A DNA stretch of 64,000 bases from an uncultured bacterium (GCA_963801165.1 CAWDDT010000011.1:1-64000); one strand, 5' to 3'; positions 51,508 through 62,028 are shown, counted from the first letter of the stretch. Notes: generated by a model not told the origin, from the letters alone. Numbers and translations: made by a program.

Positions 51508-52746
51508 GTGGGCAACGATACCGCAGACAACGCCGAGTTCCACCGGCCTCCGCCGCCGCCCGTCGACGACGAAGTGCGCGTGCGCCCCATCGAGCCTCCG
51601 GCCACGCCCCCTCTCTTTCCCTACGCACCATTCCGACCGGAGCCGGGCACTACGCCGGAACCGGGGCGGAACCGCTGGCTGGGACCGGTGCTCGGAGCGA
51701 TCGCCGGGGCGGCGATCCTCGCATCGATCCTGTGGGGGACGGGCCGGCTCGACCGCCCGACGACCACAACCGCGGAAGCCGGTGTGATCCGCGAGGTGGT
51801 CACCGAGGGTGACCGGGCCAGCGCAACGGCGGTTGCCCGCAAGGTGGTGCCCTCCATCGTCACCGTGGACGTCGGAACGGGCGCCGACGACAGCTTCGAG
51901 CTGCTCGGGTCGGGATCCGGAGTCGTTCTCACCAACGACGGCCTGATCGTCACCAACCACCACGTCGTCGTCGATATGGACACCTACCGTGTGATCTTCA
52001 GCGACGGCCGCATCTACGGCGCCACCCTGGTGGGCTCTGATCGCCGCACGGATCTCGCCGTGCTCCGCATCAGCGCCACCGACCTCACCCCCATCGAGAT
52101 CGGCTCCACCAAGACCGCCAGCATAGGTGACACCGCGATCGCCGTCGGCAGCCCGCTCGGTCTTGAAGGCGGCCCCTCGGTGACCGTGGGAGTCGTCTCG
52201 GCGTTCGGGCGCCAGGTCAGGACGGGATCGACTTCGGTGGACGTGCTTTTCGACATGCTGCAGACCGACGCACCTATCACCCAGGGATCGAGCGGTGGAG
52301 CCCTGGTTGACGCCAACGGCAAGCTGTTGGGAATCACCTCGGCCATCGGTGTCAGCGCCGCAGGGGCCGAGGGGGTCGGTTTCGCAATCCCGGTCGAGCT
52401 GATGTCGCGGATCACCGGCGAGATAATCGAGACCGGCACGGTGCAGCACCCGTTCATCGGCGTGTCGCTGGGAACCGCGTTCAGCGAGAACCCGGACGGA
52501 TCGCAAAGGCCGGCGGGCGCCTACGTGACGGACTTCCCCGTAGAGCCGGCGGCGGCCCGTGATGCGGGCGTGGAGATCGACGACATCATCGTGGCCTACG
52601 ACGGAACCCCGGTCCGTATCCCGGACGACCTCATCAGCGGGCTGCGCGGCTACCGGGTCGGAGACACCGTTACCCTCTCAGTGGAGCGAGGCTCGGACCA
52701 CCTCGAGATACCAGTCGTCCTCGGCATCCGACCGGATGACATCTAG
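51508..52746 (+). CDS. HtrA/DegP-like serine protease with PDZ
   Basis: GSGSG, VTNHHV, DLAV, QTDAPITQGSSGG, C-terminal PDZ; leaderless TACAAT-7nt-GTG. Confidence 0.92.
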   Translation: MGNDTADNAEFHRPPPPPVDDEVRVRPIEPPATPPLFPYAPFRPEPGTTPEPGRNRWLGPVLGAIAGAAILASILWGTGRLDRPTTTTAEAGVIREVVTEGDRASATAVARKVVPSIVTVDVGTGADDSFELLGSGSGVVLTNDGLIVTNHHVVVDMDTYRVIFSDGRIYGATLVGSDRRTDLAVLRISATDLTPIEIGSTKTASIGDTAIAVGSPLGLEGGPSVTVGVVSAFGRQVRTGSTSVDVLFDMLQTDAPITQGSSGGALVDANGKLLGITSAIGVSAAGAEGVGFAIPVELMSRITGEIIETGTVQHPFIGVSLGTAFSENPDGSQRPAGAYVTDFPVEPAAARDAGVEIDDIIVAYDGTPVRIPDDLISGLRGYRVGDTVTLSVERGSDHLEIPVVLGIRPDDI

Positions 52747-52757
52747 GAGGCAGCGAA

Positions 52758-53858
52758 GTGAGCGACAACCTATTCGACAGACTCTTCGAGCTCCTCCAGA
52801 CACCGGGACCGGTCAATTGGCGTCTCGGCAAGGAGATCACCCAATCCCTGGCGGGAGCATCGGAACCGATAGAACCCAAGATCGCCGAGGAGTACGAGGA
52901 ACTGACGCTGGCGGCCCAGCTGCGGCTCGCCGACCGGCTGAGCCTCGACGTGTCGACCACCAAGCCCGTCCACCCCGTTGACCGGCGCATGTGGGCAGAC
53001 CGCAACGAGCAGAGCTTCCGCTATCTCATAGAACCTCTGTCCGGCAAGCTCGGAGGCAGCGGCGGGAGTGCCATCCCCGGCCCGTTCCTCGCACCCATGG
53101 CGCCTCTGATCCTCGGGGTGCAGGCGGGGACGATGATCGGTTTCATGAGCCATCGTGTGCTCGGCCAATTCGACACCGGTCTTCCTGCCCTCGACCACGA
53201 CGAACTGTCGCTCGTCGTCCCCAACGTCGAGGCATTTGCAAGAGATCACGGCATCGAGTCACAACAGGTCCGCATGTGGGCGGTACTGCGCGAGGTGACC
53301 AACCACGCCATCCTCAGCGTCGGTTGGGTTCGTGACTACTTCATCAAGACCATCGCGGCGTTCTACGACACCGTGCAGTTCGATCCCTCCGGTCTTCTGG
53401 ACATGCTCGGCGGTCTGCAGGATCCGTCGGCTCTCACCGACCCGAGCGCCCTGGAAGGGCTCGTCGACGAGCCGGGCGGTCTTGCTCACCTGCTGGGCAG
53501 CTCACACGACCCGAGAACGCTGGCACCCATTCAGGCATTCCTGGCGTTCGTCGAGGGCTTTGGCGACTACGCGGTTCGTGCGGCTGCCGGCGATCTGATG
53601 CCACAGCTGAGCGAGATAGAGTCGGCAATGAGGTTGCGGCGCAGCGAGCCAAACGAGGCAGAGCAGTTCCTGCAACAGCTCCTCGGCCTGAGCATCGACC
53701 GTCATCGGGCAGACGAGGCTGCCGGGTTCTGTTCCGATGTGGAACGACGCTGGGGAGCCGAGACGCTGGAACGGCTCTGGGAGCAACCAGAGAAGATACC
53801 CAGGCTCGAGGAACTCACCGACGCCGTCGGCTGGGCCGCTCGCGTTTTGCTCGACTGA
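52758..53858 (+). CDS. Zinc-dependent metalloprotease-like protein (DUF2342/Rv3195-like)
   Basis: GPVNW, LGQFD, LREVTNH, VEGFGD. Confidence 0.8.
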   Translation: MSDNLFDRLFELLQTPGPVNWRLGKEITQSLAGASEPIEPKIAEEYEELTLAAQLRLADRLSLDVSTTKPVHPVDRRMWADRNEQSFRYLIEPLSGKLGGSGGSAIPGPFLAPMAPLILGVQAGTMIGFMSHRVLGQFDTGLPALDHDELSLVVPNVEAFARDHGIESQQVRMWAVLREVTNHAILSVGWVRDYFIKTIAAFYDTVQFDPSGLLDMLGGLQDPSALTDPSALEGLVDEPGGLAHLLGSSHDPRTLAPIQAFLAFVEGFGDYAVRAAAGDLMPQLSEIESAMRLRRSEPNEAEQFLQQLLGLSIDRHRADEAAGFCSDVERRWGAETLERLWEQPEKIPRLEELTDAVGWAARVLLD

Positions 53859-53900
53859 GCACCGTCGTCGTTCATCTCCGGGTCCGCTACCTTGCTCGCA

Positions 53901-53991
53901 TATCTGGAGATGAAACGCGTATCTGGAGATGAAACGCGTATCTGGAGATGAAACGCGTATCTGGAGATGAAACGCGTATCTGGAGATGAAA
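53901..53991. repeat. Perfect 19-bp minisatellite, 4.8 copies (TATCTGGAGATGAAACGCG)
   Basis: Units start at 53901, 53920, 53939, 53958 and 53977; no spacers. Confidence 0.95.
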
Positions 53992-54453
53992 GGACACATA
54001 GTGCAGATCGGAACCCCCGCTCCATCCTTCGAGCTGGAAGACCAGGACCGAAACCTCGTGAAGCTCGAGTCGTTCCGCGGAGCCAACACACTCATTGTCT
54101 TCATTCCGTTCCCGTTCACGGGTATCTGTGACGGCGAGGCATGCGCCATCAGGGACAACCTCGTCGAGCTGGAAAGCCTCAACGCCAACGTCGCGGTGGT
54201 GACGACGCATGCCCGTCCCGTCAACAAGAGGTGGGCGGACGAGAACGAATTCCGCTTCCCCGTGCTCTCGGACTACTGGCCGCACGGTGAAGTTGCCACG
54301 GCCTACGGGGCGTTCAACGACGAGCGCGGCGTAGCCAACCGCTACACGTTCGTGTTGGATGCGGACGGTGTCGTGCGCGAGGTCATCAACACGGACCAGC
54401 TCGCCAGAGGCCGTGAGTTCACCTCGTATGTCGAAGCGCTGAAGAACCTCTAG
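53986..54453 (+). CDS. Peroxiredoxin, AhpE-like (alternative start GTG 54001)
   Basis: APSFEL.DQ, P..FTGICDGE, LSDYWPHGEVA..YG. Confidence 0.88.
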   Translation: MKGHIVQIGTPAPSFELEDQDRNLVKLESFRGANTLIVFIPFPFTGICDGEACAIRDNLVELESLNANVAVVTTHARPVNKRWADENEFRFPVLSDYWPHGEVATAYGAFNDERGVANRYTFVLDADGVVREVINTDQLARGREFTSYVEALKNL

Positions 54454-54535
54454 CCGAATGGCACTGGAGGGGCGACCCGAGGGTCGCCACTCCACCAGCC
54501 CCTACTCGGAACGTTGCGCCACCACAGCCCTGCGT

Positions 54536-55465
54536 TCAACCGAATATGCCGCTCCATATGCGGCTCAACAGGTTGCCGCTCTCCGCACGTGGAAGCTCCG
54601 CCAGAACCGCTTTGAGATGATCAGGGGGGAGATCGCCCACAAGCACATACGTCTTGCCCGAACCGCTCCATTGCACCCACAGCTCGGACGCGGTGAGGAA
54701 CCAGCGGTAGGTGCCGGAATCCAGCTTCATGGTGTCGGCGCCGACGAATGGCCCGGCGGCACCCTCGCCTTCGATCTGGAACACGGAGTAGGAGAACAGG
54801 CCATCCGAGTAGAAGGAGTGGATCGAGTCGTTCGGTCCGCCGTACGTATCGACCCGCTCATACCCGGCGACCGACTGGGGAAGCTGACCGGAATCCGTGG
54901 TCGTGACGACGTCGTAGCTGGAGGCGCCGAGAACGGTATAGATGCGGCGCGGATTGGAGTCGAAGTTGCGCATCCAGCTCAGCCGGAACAGGTCACCCTT
55001 GTTGTCGTAGACCTCTGAGCCCAACGACGCCCCGGTCTGGTCATCAAACCAGAGCCGGGCTCGCGCTTGCCCGTTCTCTTCCACCGTGACGACGACAACG
55101 TCGCGTCCCAGCCGCTCCTCCGGCTCGATCGACGAGGTGACGTACCGGTCTGCGAGCGGGACCGACGACCAGTGAGAGAGGGCGACGCCGCTGCTCGCGT
55201 CGACGTTGGAGACCCGGCCGTCACCGAGTACCTGCGACGTCCCACCCGACTCGACCATGAGCTTCGAGCCGGCGTGCTCGACCAAGACCACATTGAACTC
55301 GGTTTTCCCGTTGAAGCTGCACCATGTCGCCTGCTCCCCTGCGTAGTCCGCCTTGGTCGCTTTGACCAGGTAATCCTCGAGCCCGGACGCCGTCGCGACG
55401 GGAACCGACAGCAGCATGAGCGCCAGAGCCGCCAGCATCACAACAAGGACCCTGCGTACGCTCAT
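54536..55465 (-). CDS. Secreted MucB/RseB-like sigma-E regulatory protein
   Basis: Signal peptide, YAGEQ, RLWFDDQTG, YSDGLFSYSVF, VLVGDLP; ATGA overlap with the anti-sigma gene. Confidence 0.7.
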   Translation of the reverse strand: MSVRRVLVVMLAALALMLLSVPVATASGLEDYLVKATKADYAGEQATWCSFNGKTEFNVVLVEHAGSKLMVESGGTSQVLGDGRVSNVDASSGVALSHWSSVPLADRYVTSSIEPEERLGRDVVVVTVEENGQARARLWFDDQTGASLGSEVYDNKGDLFRLSWMRNFDSNPRRIYTVLGASSYDVVTTTDSGQLPQSVAGYERVDTYGGPNDSIHSFYSDGLFSYSVFQIEGEGAAGPFVGADTMKLDSGTYRWFLTASELWVQWSGSGKTYVLVGDLPPDHLKAVLAELPRAESGNLLSRIWSGIFG

Positions 55466-56082
55466 GGCGCCGTGTCCGCTAGAGAGAACGCCGGGACGAC
55501 GTTGAACCCGTACTCGACGGACACGCGCGCCTGGTGCTGGTCGAACAGCGGCGTCATGTCCAGATCCGTCGTCCGATGAGATGGGTACAGCAGCGAGAAC
55601 GCCAGTGCCGCCACCGCAGAAATGCCGACCGCGGCCGCAACCACGCGGCGCCGCGACCACCGCTCGCGCGCAACGCGCTCTTGGTGTACCGCGATGAACT
55701 CGGGCGGTTCGAGACCGGGCAATGACCGAATCGCGGTGCGTGCCGAATCGAGCTCGTGGAGTTCCAGCCGGCAGTCGGTGCAGAAATCGAGATGTGAGAT
55801 GACGAACTCGTGCTCGATGGTCGACAACTGCCCATCGAGATAGGCCGACAACTCCTCTCCGGGATGGGTGTCGGGCAGAAGTCGCTCCGGAATCTCCAGG
55901 AACGGCAGCGTACGCAGCGCGGCCCGCATCTCCTTGAGGCGATGGAACTCGACGATGCAACCCCGGCACTCACCGAGATGGGCAACAATGATGTCGAGCT
56001 CGCCCGGCTGGAGCTCGGCGTCGAGGTACGCGGTGATCAGTTCGGCAACTGCGCAGCCGCCTGCCGCCTTCACAACGGCCAT
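55462..56082 (-). CDS. Membrane anti-sigma factor with two ZAS zinc fingers
   Basis: Two AYLD.EL/GQL..HL..C..C repeats, then a TM helix. Confidence 0.85.
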   Translation of the reverse strand: MAVVKAAGGCAVAELITAYLDAELQPGELDIIVAHLGECRGCIVEFHRLKEMRAALRTLPFLEIPERLLPDTHPGEELSAYLDGQLSTIEHEFVISHLDFCTDCRLELHELDSARTAIRSLPGLEPPEFIAVHQERVARERWSRRRVVAAAVGISAVAALAFSLLYPSHRTTDLDMTPLFDQHQARVSVEYGFNVVPAFSLADTAP

Positions 56083-56579
56083 GTCAACAGCTCCCTGAGC
56101 ATCTTGCGACCGCGGTGGATGCGGCTGCGAACCGTGCCCACGGGGGATGCGATGGCTTCGGCAATCTCCTCGTAGGTGAGGCCGACGACATCACAGAGGA
56201 CAACGCATTCCCGGAAGTCGAGGGGAAGCTTGAGCAGCGCGCTCTGGATGTCCTCGGAGAGCCGCACCGACGCCAGCACTTCGTCCGGGGACGGGCTGGA
56301 GAATGCGAGATGGCGGTCGTCGTCGGGAAGTGGGCTGGTGGGACGGCGTTTCTGCTTGCGCACACCGTCGAGGAAGGCGTTTCTGGTGATCCGCCACAGC
56401 CAGCCGTCGAACGAGCCTGGTGTGTAGGAAGAAAGCCCGCGACGCACCCGGAGGAGAACTTCCTGAACGAGATCAGCAGCGTCATCGGGATTGCCGGTGA
56501 GGCGATATGCAAAGTTGTAGATCTTGCGCCCATAGACTCGCGCTACGTCTTCCCAGGTTGGGGTTCTCTCGTCGGCCAT
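56070..56579 (-). CDS. ECF RNA polymerase sigma factor (SigE-like)
   Basis: AYRLTGN..DA.DLVQE, F.GWL.RIT.N.FLD, LTYEEIA..GTVRSRIHRGR. Confidence 0.92.
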   Translation of the reverse strand: MADERTPTWEDVARVYGRKIYNFAYRLTGNPDDAADLVQEVLLRVRRGLSSYTPGSFDGWLWRITRNAFLDGVRKQKRRPTSPLPDDDRHLAFSSPSPDEVLASVRLSEDIQSALLKLPLDFRECVVLCDVVGLTYEEIAEAIASPVGTVRSRIHRGRKMLRELLTWPL

Positions 56580-56693
56580 TAGCCTTCCCCGGACTCCTAG
56601 AGCAGACAACGCTCGGGAACCTGATCGAGTTCCCGAGCGGTCAATACGGGCGAGCGACGGCGGTACCGGGACTAGCTCCTGTGGAGCGCCCCG

Positions 56694-56873
56694 TCAACCT
56701 TCGTGCGAATCCTTGTCCTCGTCGTCGTCCATGCCTTCGTCCAGACCCTTGCGAAACTCCTTCGCAGAAGCACCAATGGAACGCGCCAGATCCGGCAGCT
56801 TCCTGGCACCGAACAGCAACAGGACGATCAACAGAATCACGATGATTTCCCAGCCGTCGAGGTTACTAAGCAC
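56694..56873 (-). CDS. tatA: Twin-arginine translocase TatA (59 aa, below the ORF-track cutoff)
   Basis: MLSNLDGWEIIVILLIVLLLFGARKLPDLARSIGASAKEFRKG..; SD AGGAG. Confidence 0.92.
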   Translation of the reverse strand: MLSNLDGWEIIVILLIVLLLFGARKLPDLARSIGASAKEFRKGLDEGMDDDEDKDSHEG

Positions 56874-56993
56874 AGTTGACTCCTAGTTCCGCAGGAACCG
56901 GGCGCCGGCATATTCCGCCGGTTCGGCTCCTGCCGGTCCGATTGTACTCCGTGGCGCCCGTTAAAACCCCGCCACCCGTCTCTGTCGGCGCCG

Positions 56994-57788
56994 TCAGCCT
57001 CGCAGCGCGATGGTGTCGACGAACATCTGCAACCGCTCCCGGGTGACAAAACGGCATCGGGGATTGGCCCGTTCCTTGTCGAATATCTCGTAGGGTCGGT
57101 ACTTGTCGGTCAAGAGAAGCCCCCGGTCGGTGTGCGAGCGGGCAAAAGCAATGAGAAACGAGGTGATCCGGCTCTCATCGAGTTCCGGGTAATCGCCCTG
57201 CTCGTGGGCGACTACCTCGACGTAGGTGGAATTCCCCCCGCCGATCGCCACATAGATCCCCTCGTCCCGCTTGGTGAGCTGATATCCGGCGAGTCTGAGG
57301 AGACCGGGACCGAGCTCAGCCATCGTCATGTGCTCGGGGTCGATTCCCTGAACTCGTAGCCCGGCAGCGAGGCGTGCCGTGACCCTGATCTCGCTTCGGA
57401 TCGGTGCGAGGCGATCCCCTCGCCGGGTCGGGTTCAGCGGTAACACATCGCCCTCGTCGGCATCCCCGAACTTGGCCATCACGTCGTATCCACCGGCCTT
57501 CAGGGCAGACAGCAGGTCCGGGAACTCGAGGTCGGGCAAGCCATCCTCCGTCTCGAGGTCGAGCTCGGCAACCTGGACCAGCTCGCTACCTCGCCGTGCC
57601 CGAATCAGGGCTCGGGGGATACCGTCGAGCGGCTGCCCACGGCGTTTCCGGTCTCTGATGATCTCGGCTGCTTGATGAATCAACAACTCGGTGAGCACAT
57701 CGTCCTCGCCACGCGACGGCAGGGGCACGGCGAAATCGATGACGATCTCGTTGCCGACAACGTGGAAATCGTGGTCCGGTCGATCCAT
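56994..57788 (-). CDS. Hypothetical protein with possible degenerate Mrr-like nuclease fold at the C-terminus
   Basis: LLRLAGY..TYVEVV..ITSF..DRGLLLT..RFVTRERL pattern; SD AGGAGG. Confidence 0.6.
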   Translation of the reverse strand: MDRPDHDFHVVGNEIVIDFAVPLPSRGEDDVLTELLIHQAAEIIRDRKRRGQPLDGIPRALIRARRGSELVQVAELDLETEDGLPDLEFPDLLSALKAGGYDVMAKFGDADEGDVLPLNPTRRGDRLAPIRSEIRVTARLAAGLRVQGIDPEHMTMAELGPGLLRLAGYQLTKRDEGIYVAIGGGNSTYVEVVAHEQGDYPELDESRITSFLIAFARSHTDRGLLLTDKYRPYEIFDKERANPRCRFVTRERLQMFVDTIALRG

Positions 57789-57850
57789 GATGGCCTCCTA
57801 GAAGGCTGGTCCGAAGATCGGCGTCACGGAAACGGGCAAACGGCCGGATG

Positions 57851-58132
57851 TCAGGACACCCTACGACGCTTGGCGGTCTCGGCACGCTCGCGCCGGATCT
57901 TGCGGCGCTCCCGTTCCGACATGGCTCCCCAGATCCCGAACTTCTCGCTCGAGACGATGGCGAATTCCAGACACTGCTCCCTAACGACGCACTGACGACA
58001 GATCGACTTGGCGGTGCGGGTCGAGGCGCCCCGCTCCGGAAAGAAGAGATCAGGATCGGCACCGCGGCAGTTGGCGAGGTCGTGCCACGAGAGGTCTTCG
58101 GATTCGAGCACCTCGAGCAAACTGGCGAACAA
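57851..58132 (-). CDS. whiB: WhiB-family Fe-S transcription factor (WhiB/WhiB2-like)
   Basis: W...ANC..DPDLFFPERG..AK.IC..C.V..CL..FGIWG.MSERERR. Confidence 0.92.
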   Translation of the reverse strand: MFASLLEVLESEDLSWHDLANCRGADPDLFFPERGASTRTAKSICRQCVVREQCLEFAIVSSEKFGIWGAMSERERRKIRRERAETAKRRRVS

Positions 58133-58357
58133 ACTCTTCTCCCTACACGTTTGTAATTACGTTAGTGTGATTCAACCAAGGCCGCGCGCGCCTGTCAACC
58201 CCGAAATCCGTTGTGGCACTTGGGTAGGTGGACACATCGACCCGACGGCAAGGGGATGCGAGCACCGTTACCGACGCGACTCCGAGAGCCGGACGCGATG
58301 TTTCGCATGGCCCGGTAGGGTCGGCAATAATGGCTTAACGCGTGGAGAAGGAGGTTC

Positions 58358-59089
58358 ATGGTGACCACGACCGGCCGCCTGGATGAGGCCAAGCCGACGA
58401 GACGGCTGCCCTGGATCATCGAGTTCTACCGATCGGATGTAGCCAAGAAGTGGACCATGGCGCTGAGCGGCATCATCCTCCTCGGGTACATCGCCGCCCA
58501 CATGCTCGGGAACATGAAGGTGTATCTCGGTCCAACGGCCATCAACGATTATGGGGAGTCACTACGCGATCTCGGCGGGCATCTGGTCCCCCGGACGCAC
58601 CTCTTATGGATCATGCGAGCAGGGCTCACCGCCGCATTCGCCATCCATATTCATGCCGCATACTCGTTGACACGCAAGAACATGCGAGCACGCGGCAAGA
58701 TCCGTTACGACGTGCCACGCGAGTACCTGGCAGCCAACTACGCCTCACGCACCATGCGGTACTCGGGCGTCATCGTGCTCCTCTTCCTGGCGTTCCATCT
58801 CATGGATCTCACCTGGGGCACGGCTAACCCCGACTTCATCCGGGGAGACGTCTACCACAACATGATCTCCAGCTTCGACCGTCTCCCGGTGGCCATCGTT
58901 TACATCGTTGCCAACCTGGCATTGGGACTCCACATCCTCCACGGCGTGTGGAGTCTGTTCCAGAGCATCGGCGCCAACAACCCCACGTACAACCGATGGC
59001 GCCGCTTTCTTGCCTGGGGATTCACGGCCGTGATCGTTCTCGGCAACCTCAGCTTCCCCATCGCCGTACAACTCGGAATCATCTCTTAA
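58358..59089 (+). CDS. sdhC: Succinate dehydrogenase/fumarate reductase cytochrome b subunit
   Basis: KK..MALSG, HMLGN, HI..HL..HG.WS.FQS.G heme His pattern. Confidence 0.9.
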   Translation: MVTTTGRLDEAKPTRRLPWIIEFYRSDVAKKWTMALSGIILLGYIAAHMLGNMKVYLGPTAINDYGESLRDLGGHLVPRTHLLWIMRAGLTAAFAIHIHAAYSLTRKNMRARGKIRYDVPREYLAANYASRTMRYSGVIVLLFLAFHLMDLTWGTANPDFIRGDVYHNMISSFDRLPVAIVYIVANLALGLHILHGVWSLFQSIGANNPTYNRWRRFLAWGFTAVIVLGNLSFPIAVQLGIIS

Positions 59090-59098
59090 GGAGGCTTC

Positions 59099-61018
59099 GT
59101 GACAACACTCGATGCGAAGGTCCCCGAGGGACCGATTCAGGAGAAGTGGACCAACCACCAGTTCGATATCAACCTGGTGAACCCGGCCAACAAGCGCAAG
59201 TACGAGATCATCATCGTAGGAACCGGTCTCGCCGGAGCCTCGGCGGCGGCAACGCTCGGCGAGCTCGGGTACAAGGTGACCGTTTTCACCTACCACGACA
59301 GCCCGCGGCGCGCCCACTCCATCGCCGCCCAGGGTGGAATCAACGCCGCCAAGAACTATCCCAACGACGGCGACTCGGTGTACCGGCTGTTCTACGACAC
59401 CGTCAAGGGTGGTGACTACCGGTCCCGCGAGGCAAACGTGTACCGGCTCGCCGAGGTCTCCAACGAGATCATCGACCAGTGCACCGCCCAGGGTGTGCCG
59501 TTCGCCAGGGAGTACGGGGGTCTTCTCGACAACCGGTCCTTCGGCGGAGCTCAGGTGTCCCGCACGTTCTATGCCAGGGGCCAAACCGGCCAGCAACTGC
59601 TGCTCGGCGCCTATCAAGCGCTCGCCCGCCAGATCGCACTCGGCAACGTCACGCTCTACAACCGCACCGAGATGCTCGACGTCGTCATCGACGAGGGCCG
59701 GGCCGTCGGCATCGTCGTCCGCGATATGGTGAACGGGAAGATCAGCTCGCATTCGGCTCACGCCGTTGTGCTGGCGACCGGCGGATACAGCAACGTGTTC
59801 TTCCTGTCGACGAACGCCATGGCGTGCAACGCCACTGCGATCTGGCGTGCCCACCGCAAAGGTGCCTTCTTCGCCAACCCGTGCTTCACCCAGATCCACC
59901 CGACATGCATCCCCGTGCACGACGAGTTCCAGTCGAAGCTGACACTGATGTCCGAGTCGCTGCGCAACGACGGGCGCATCTGGGTGCCCTCCGACGCGGA
60001 CGACACCAGACCGCCCAACACGATCCCGGAGGCCGAGCGCGACTACTACCTGGAGCGCATCTACCCGGCTTTCGGCAACCTCGTCCCTCGCGACGTCGCC
60101 TCCCGGGCGGCGATGCGGATGATCGACCAGAATCGGGGGGTCGGGCCTCTCAAGAACGGGGTCTATCTCGACTTCGCCGATGCCATCAGCCGTCTCGGCA
60201 AAGACGTCATAGAGGCTCGCTACGGCAACTTGTTCGAGATGTACGAGCGCATCACCGACGACAACCCGTACCAGGTACCGATGCGGATCTACCCCGCCCC
60301 CCATTACACGATGGGTGGTCTCTGGGTCGACTACAACCTGATGACCTCAGTGCCCGGGCTCTACGCCATCGGGGAAGCGAACTTCTCCGACCACGGCGCC
60401 AACCGGCTCGGGGCCAGCGCCCTGATGCAGGGTCTCGCCGACGGCTACTTCGTGCTCCCCTACACGATCGCCGACTACCTGGCCGACTGGCTCAACACGA
60501 CCCCGGTGCCCACCGACCACGAGGTCTTCCGACAAGCGGAGCAGGATGTCGACGAGCGGCTCTCCCGGCTCCTCTCGATCAGCGGGACCCGTACCGTCGA
60601 CTCGTTCCACCGCGAGTTGGGCAAGATCATGATCGAGTACTGCGGATTGGCGAGGAGCCGCCCCGGCCTCGAGAAGGCGCTCAGCGAGATCCCGGCCCTG
60701 CGCGAGGAATTCTGGGCCAATGTCAAGGTGCCCGGCACCGGAGACAGCTACAACAGCGAGCTCGCCAGGGCATCCCGGGTCGGCGACTTCTTCGAGCTCG
60801 CCGAGTTGATGTGCCGCGACGCTCTCGAGCGTGAGGAATCATGCGGAGGCCACTTCCGGCTCGAGCACCAGACCGAGGAAGGGGAGGCGAAGCGAGACGA
60901 CGTCAACCAGGCGCACTCCTCAGCGTGGGAGTGGACCGGGTACGGGCAACCGGAGACGCATCACAAGGAGACTCTCGACTTCGAGTATGTCCACCTGGCG
61001 CAAAGGAGCTACAAATAA
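59099..61018 (+). CDS. sdhA: Succinate dehydrogenase/fumarate reductase flavoprotein
   Basis: [37 protein letters not shown]. Confidence 0.95.
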   Translation: MTTLDAKVPEGPIQEKWTNHQFDINLVNPANKRKYEIIIVGTGLAGASAAATLGELGYKVTVFTYHDSPRRAHSIAAQGGINAAKNYPNDGDSVYRLFYDTVKGGDYRSREANVYRLAEVSNEIIDQCTAQGVPFAREYGGLLDNRSFGGAQVSRTFYARGQTGQQLLLGAYQALARQIALGNVTLYNRTEMLDVVIDEGRAVGIVVRDMVNGKISSHSAHAVVLATGGYSNVFFLSTNAMACNATAIWRAHRKGAFFANPCFTQIHPTCIPVHDEFQSKLTLMSESLRNDGRIWVPSDADDTRPPNTIPEAERDYYLERIYPAFGNLVPRDVASRAAMRMIDQNRGVGPLKNGVYLDFADAISRLGKDVIEARYGNLFEMYERITDDNPYQVPMRIYPAPHYTMGGLWVDYNLMTSVPGLYAIGEANFSDHGANRLGASALMQGLADGYFVLPYTIADYLADWLNTTPVPTDHEVFRQAEQDVDERLSRLLSISGTRTVDSFHRELGKIMIEYCGLARSRPGLEKALSEIPALREEFWANVKVPGTGDSYNSELARASRVGDFFELAELMCRDALEREESCGGHFRLEHQTEEGEAKRDDVNQAHSSAWEWTGYGQPETHHKETLDFEYVHLAQRSYK

Positions 61019-61779
61019 TGGATCTCGCCCTCAAGGTGTGGCGCCAGGACGGCCCCGACAAACCGGGAGAGTTCCGGGAGTACGAAGCCAAGGGCATCAG
61101 CCCCGAAGCGTCGTTCTTGGAGATGCTCGACCTGGTCAACGAACGACTCGTCATGGCCGGCGAGATACCCATCGAGTTCGATCATGATTGCCGGGAAGGG
61201 ATCTGCGGAACCTGCGGCGTCATGATCAACGGTCATCCGCACGGTGATCAGAAGGGCACCGCCACCTGCCAGCTCCATATGCGCAAGTTCAACGACGGCG
61301 ATCGCATCGTCATCGAGCCATGGCGGGCGCAGGGCATGCCGATCGTACGGGACCTCGTCGTCGACCGCTCGGCGCTCGATCGCATCGTTGAGGCGGGCGG
61401 CTACATCAGCGTCAACACGGGTGGGGCGCCCGACGCCAACCTGATCCCGGTGCCCAAGGAAGCATCTGAAGCGGCCATGGACGCGGCCGCGTGCATTGGT
61501 TGTGCCGCCTGCATCGCCGCATGCCCCAACAGTGCCGGGCAGCTGTTCACGGCGGCGAAGCTGGCTCACCTGAACCTGCTCCCCCAGGGCCAGCCCGAGC
61601 GGTACCAGCGCACGGTCGCGATGGTGGAGAAGATGGAGGAGTTCTTCGGCTCCTGCACCAACCACGCCGAGTGTGAGCAAGCCTGCCCCAAGAGCATCAG
61701 CATCGACAACATCGCACTCATGAACCGCGATTACATGATCGCCAAGTTCAAAGACCGCAGAAAGGCCGGCCAGGCCTGA
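61018..61779 (+). CDS. sdhB: Succinate dehydrogenase/fumarate reductase Fe-S subunit
   Basis: [34 protein letters not shown]; TAATG overlap. Confidence 0.95.
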   Translation: MDLALKVWRQDGPDKPGEFREYEAKGISPEASFLEMLDLVNERLVMAGEIPIEFDHDCREGICGTCGVMINGHPHGDQKGTATCQLHMRKFNDGDRIVIEPWRAQGMPIVRDLVVDRSALDRIVEAGGYISVNTGGAPDANLIPVPKEASEAAMDAAACIGCAACIAACPNSAGQLFTAAKLAHLNLLPQGQPERYQRTVAMVEKMEEFFGSCTNHAECEQACPKSISIDNIALMNRDYMIAKFKDRRKAGQA

Positions 61780-62028
61780 GCTTCGCTCAGCCTCGAGCCA
61801 CGCCCTCCAGCCGGACTCCGCCGATGGCTCGAGGGGATTGTGGTGAATGGCGTGGGGCGTGTTCCGGTGATCTCGTCCCTGCTGCGGATGCCCTTTCGAG
61901 GAAGGTTCAGTCGGAGCAGGTCGGGCGATACCGTTCGGGTGGCGCCTCGAGCATCTTTTGGACCGAACGCTCAAATTTTGCCGTCGCCGCTACAATCCCG
62001 AACGACGGCAAACAGAAGGATTCCCAGA

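Noticed and set aside
51496-52506. 486-aa N-terminally extended MoaE
   Set aside because: The extension is antisense to htrA; the real start is ATG 51495 with a GGAG SD.
53901-53991. Possible CRISPR array
   Set aside because: Units are contiguous with no unique spacers, only 19 bp long, and there are no cas genes.
58140-58200. Canonical sigma70 promoter for whiB
   Set aside because: TTGACA is present on the minus strand, but there is no convincing -10 at the right spacing.
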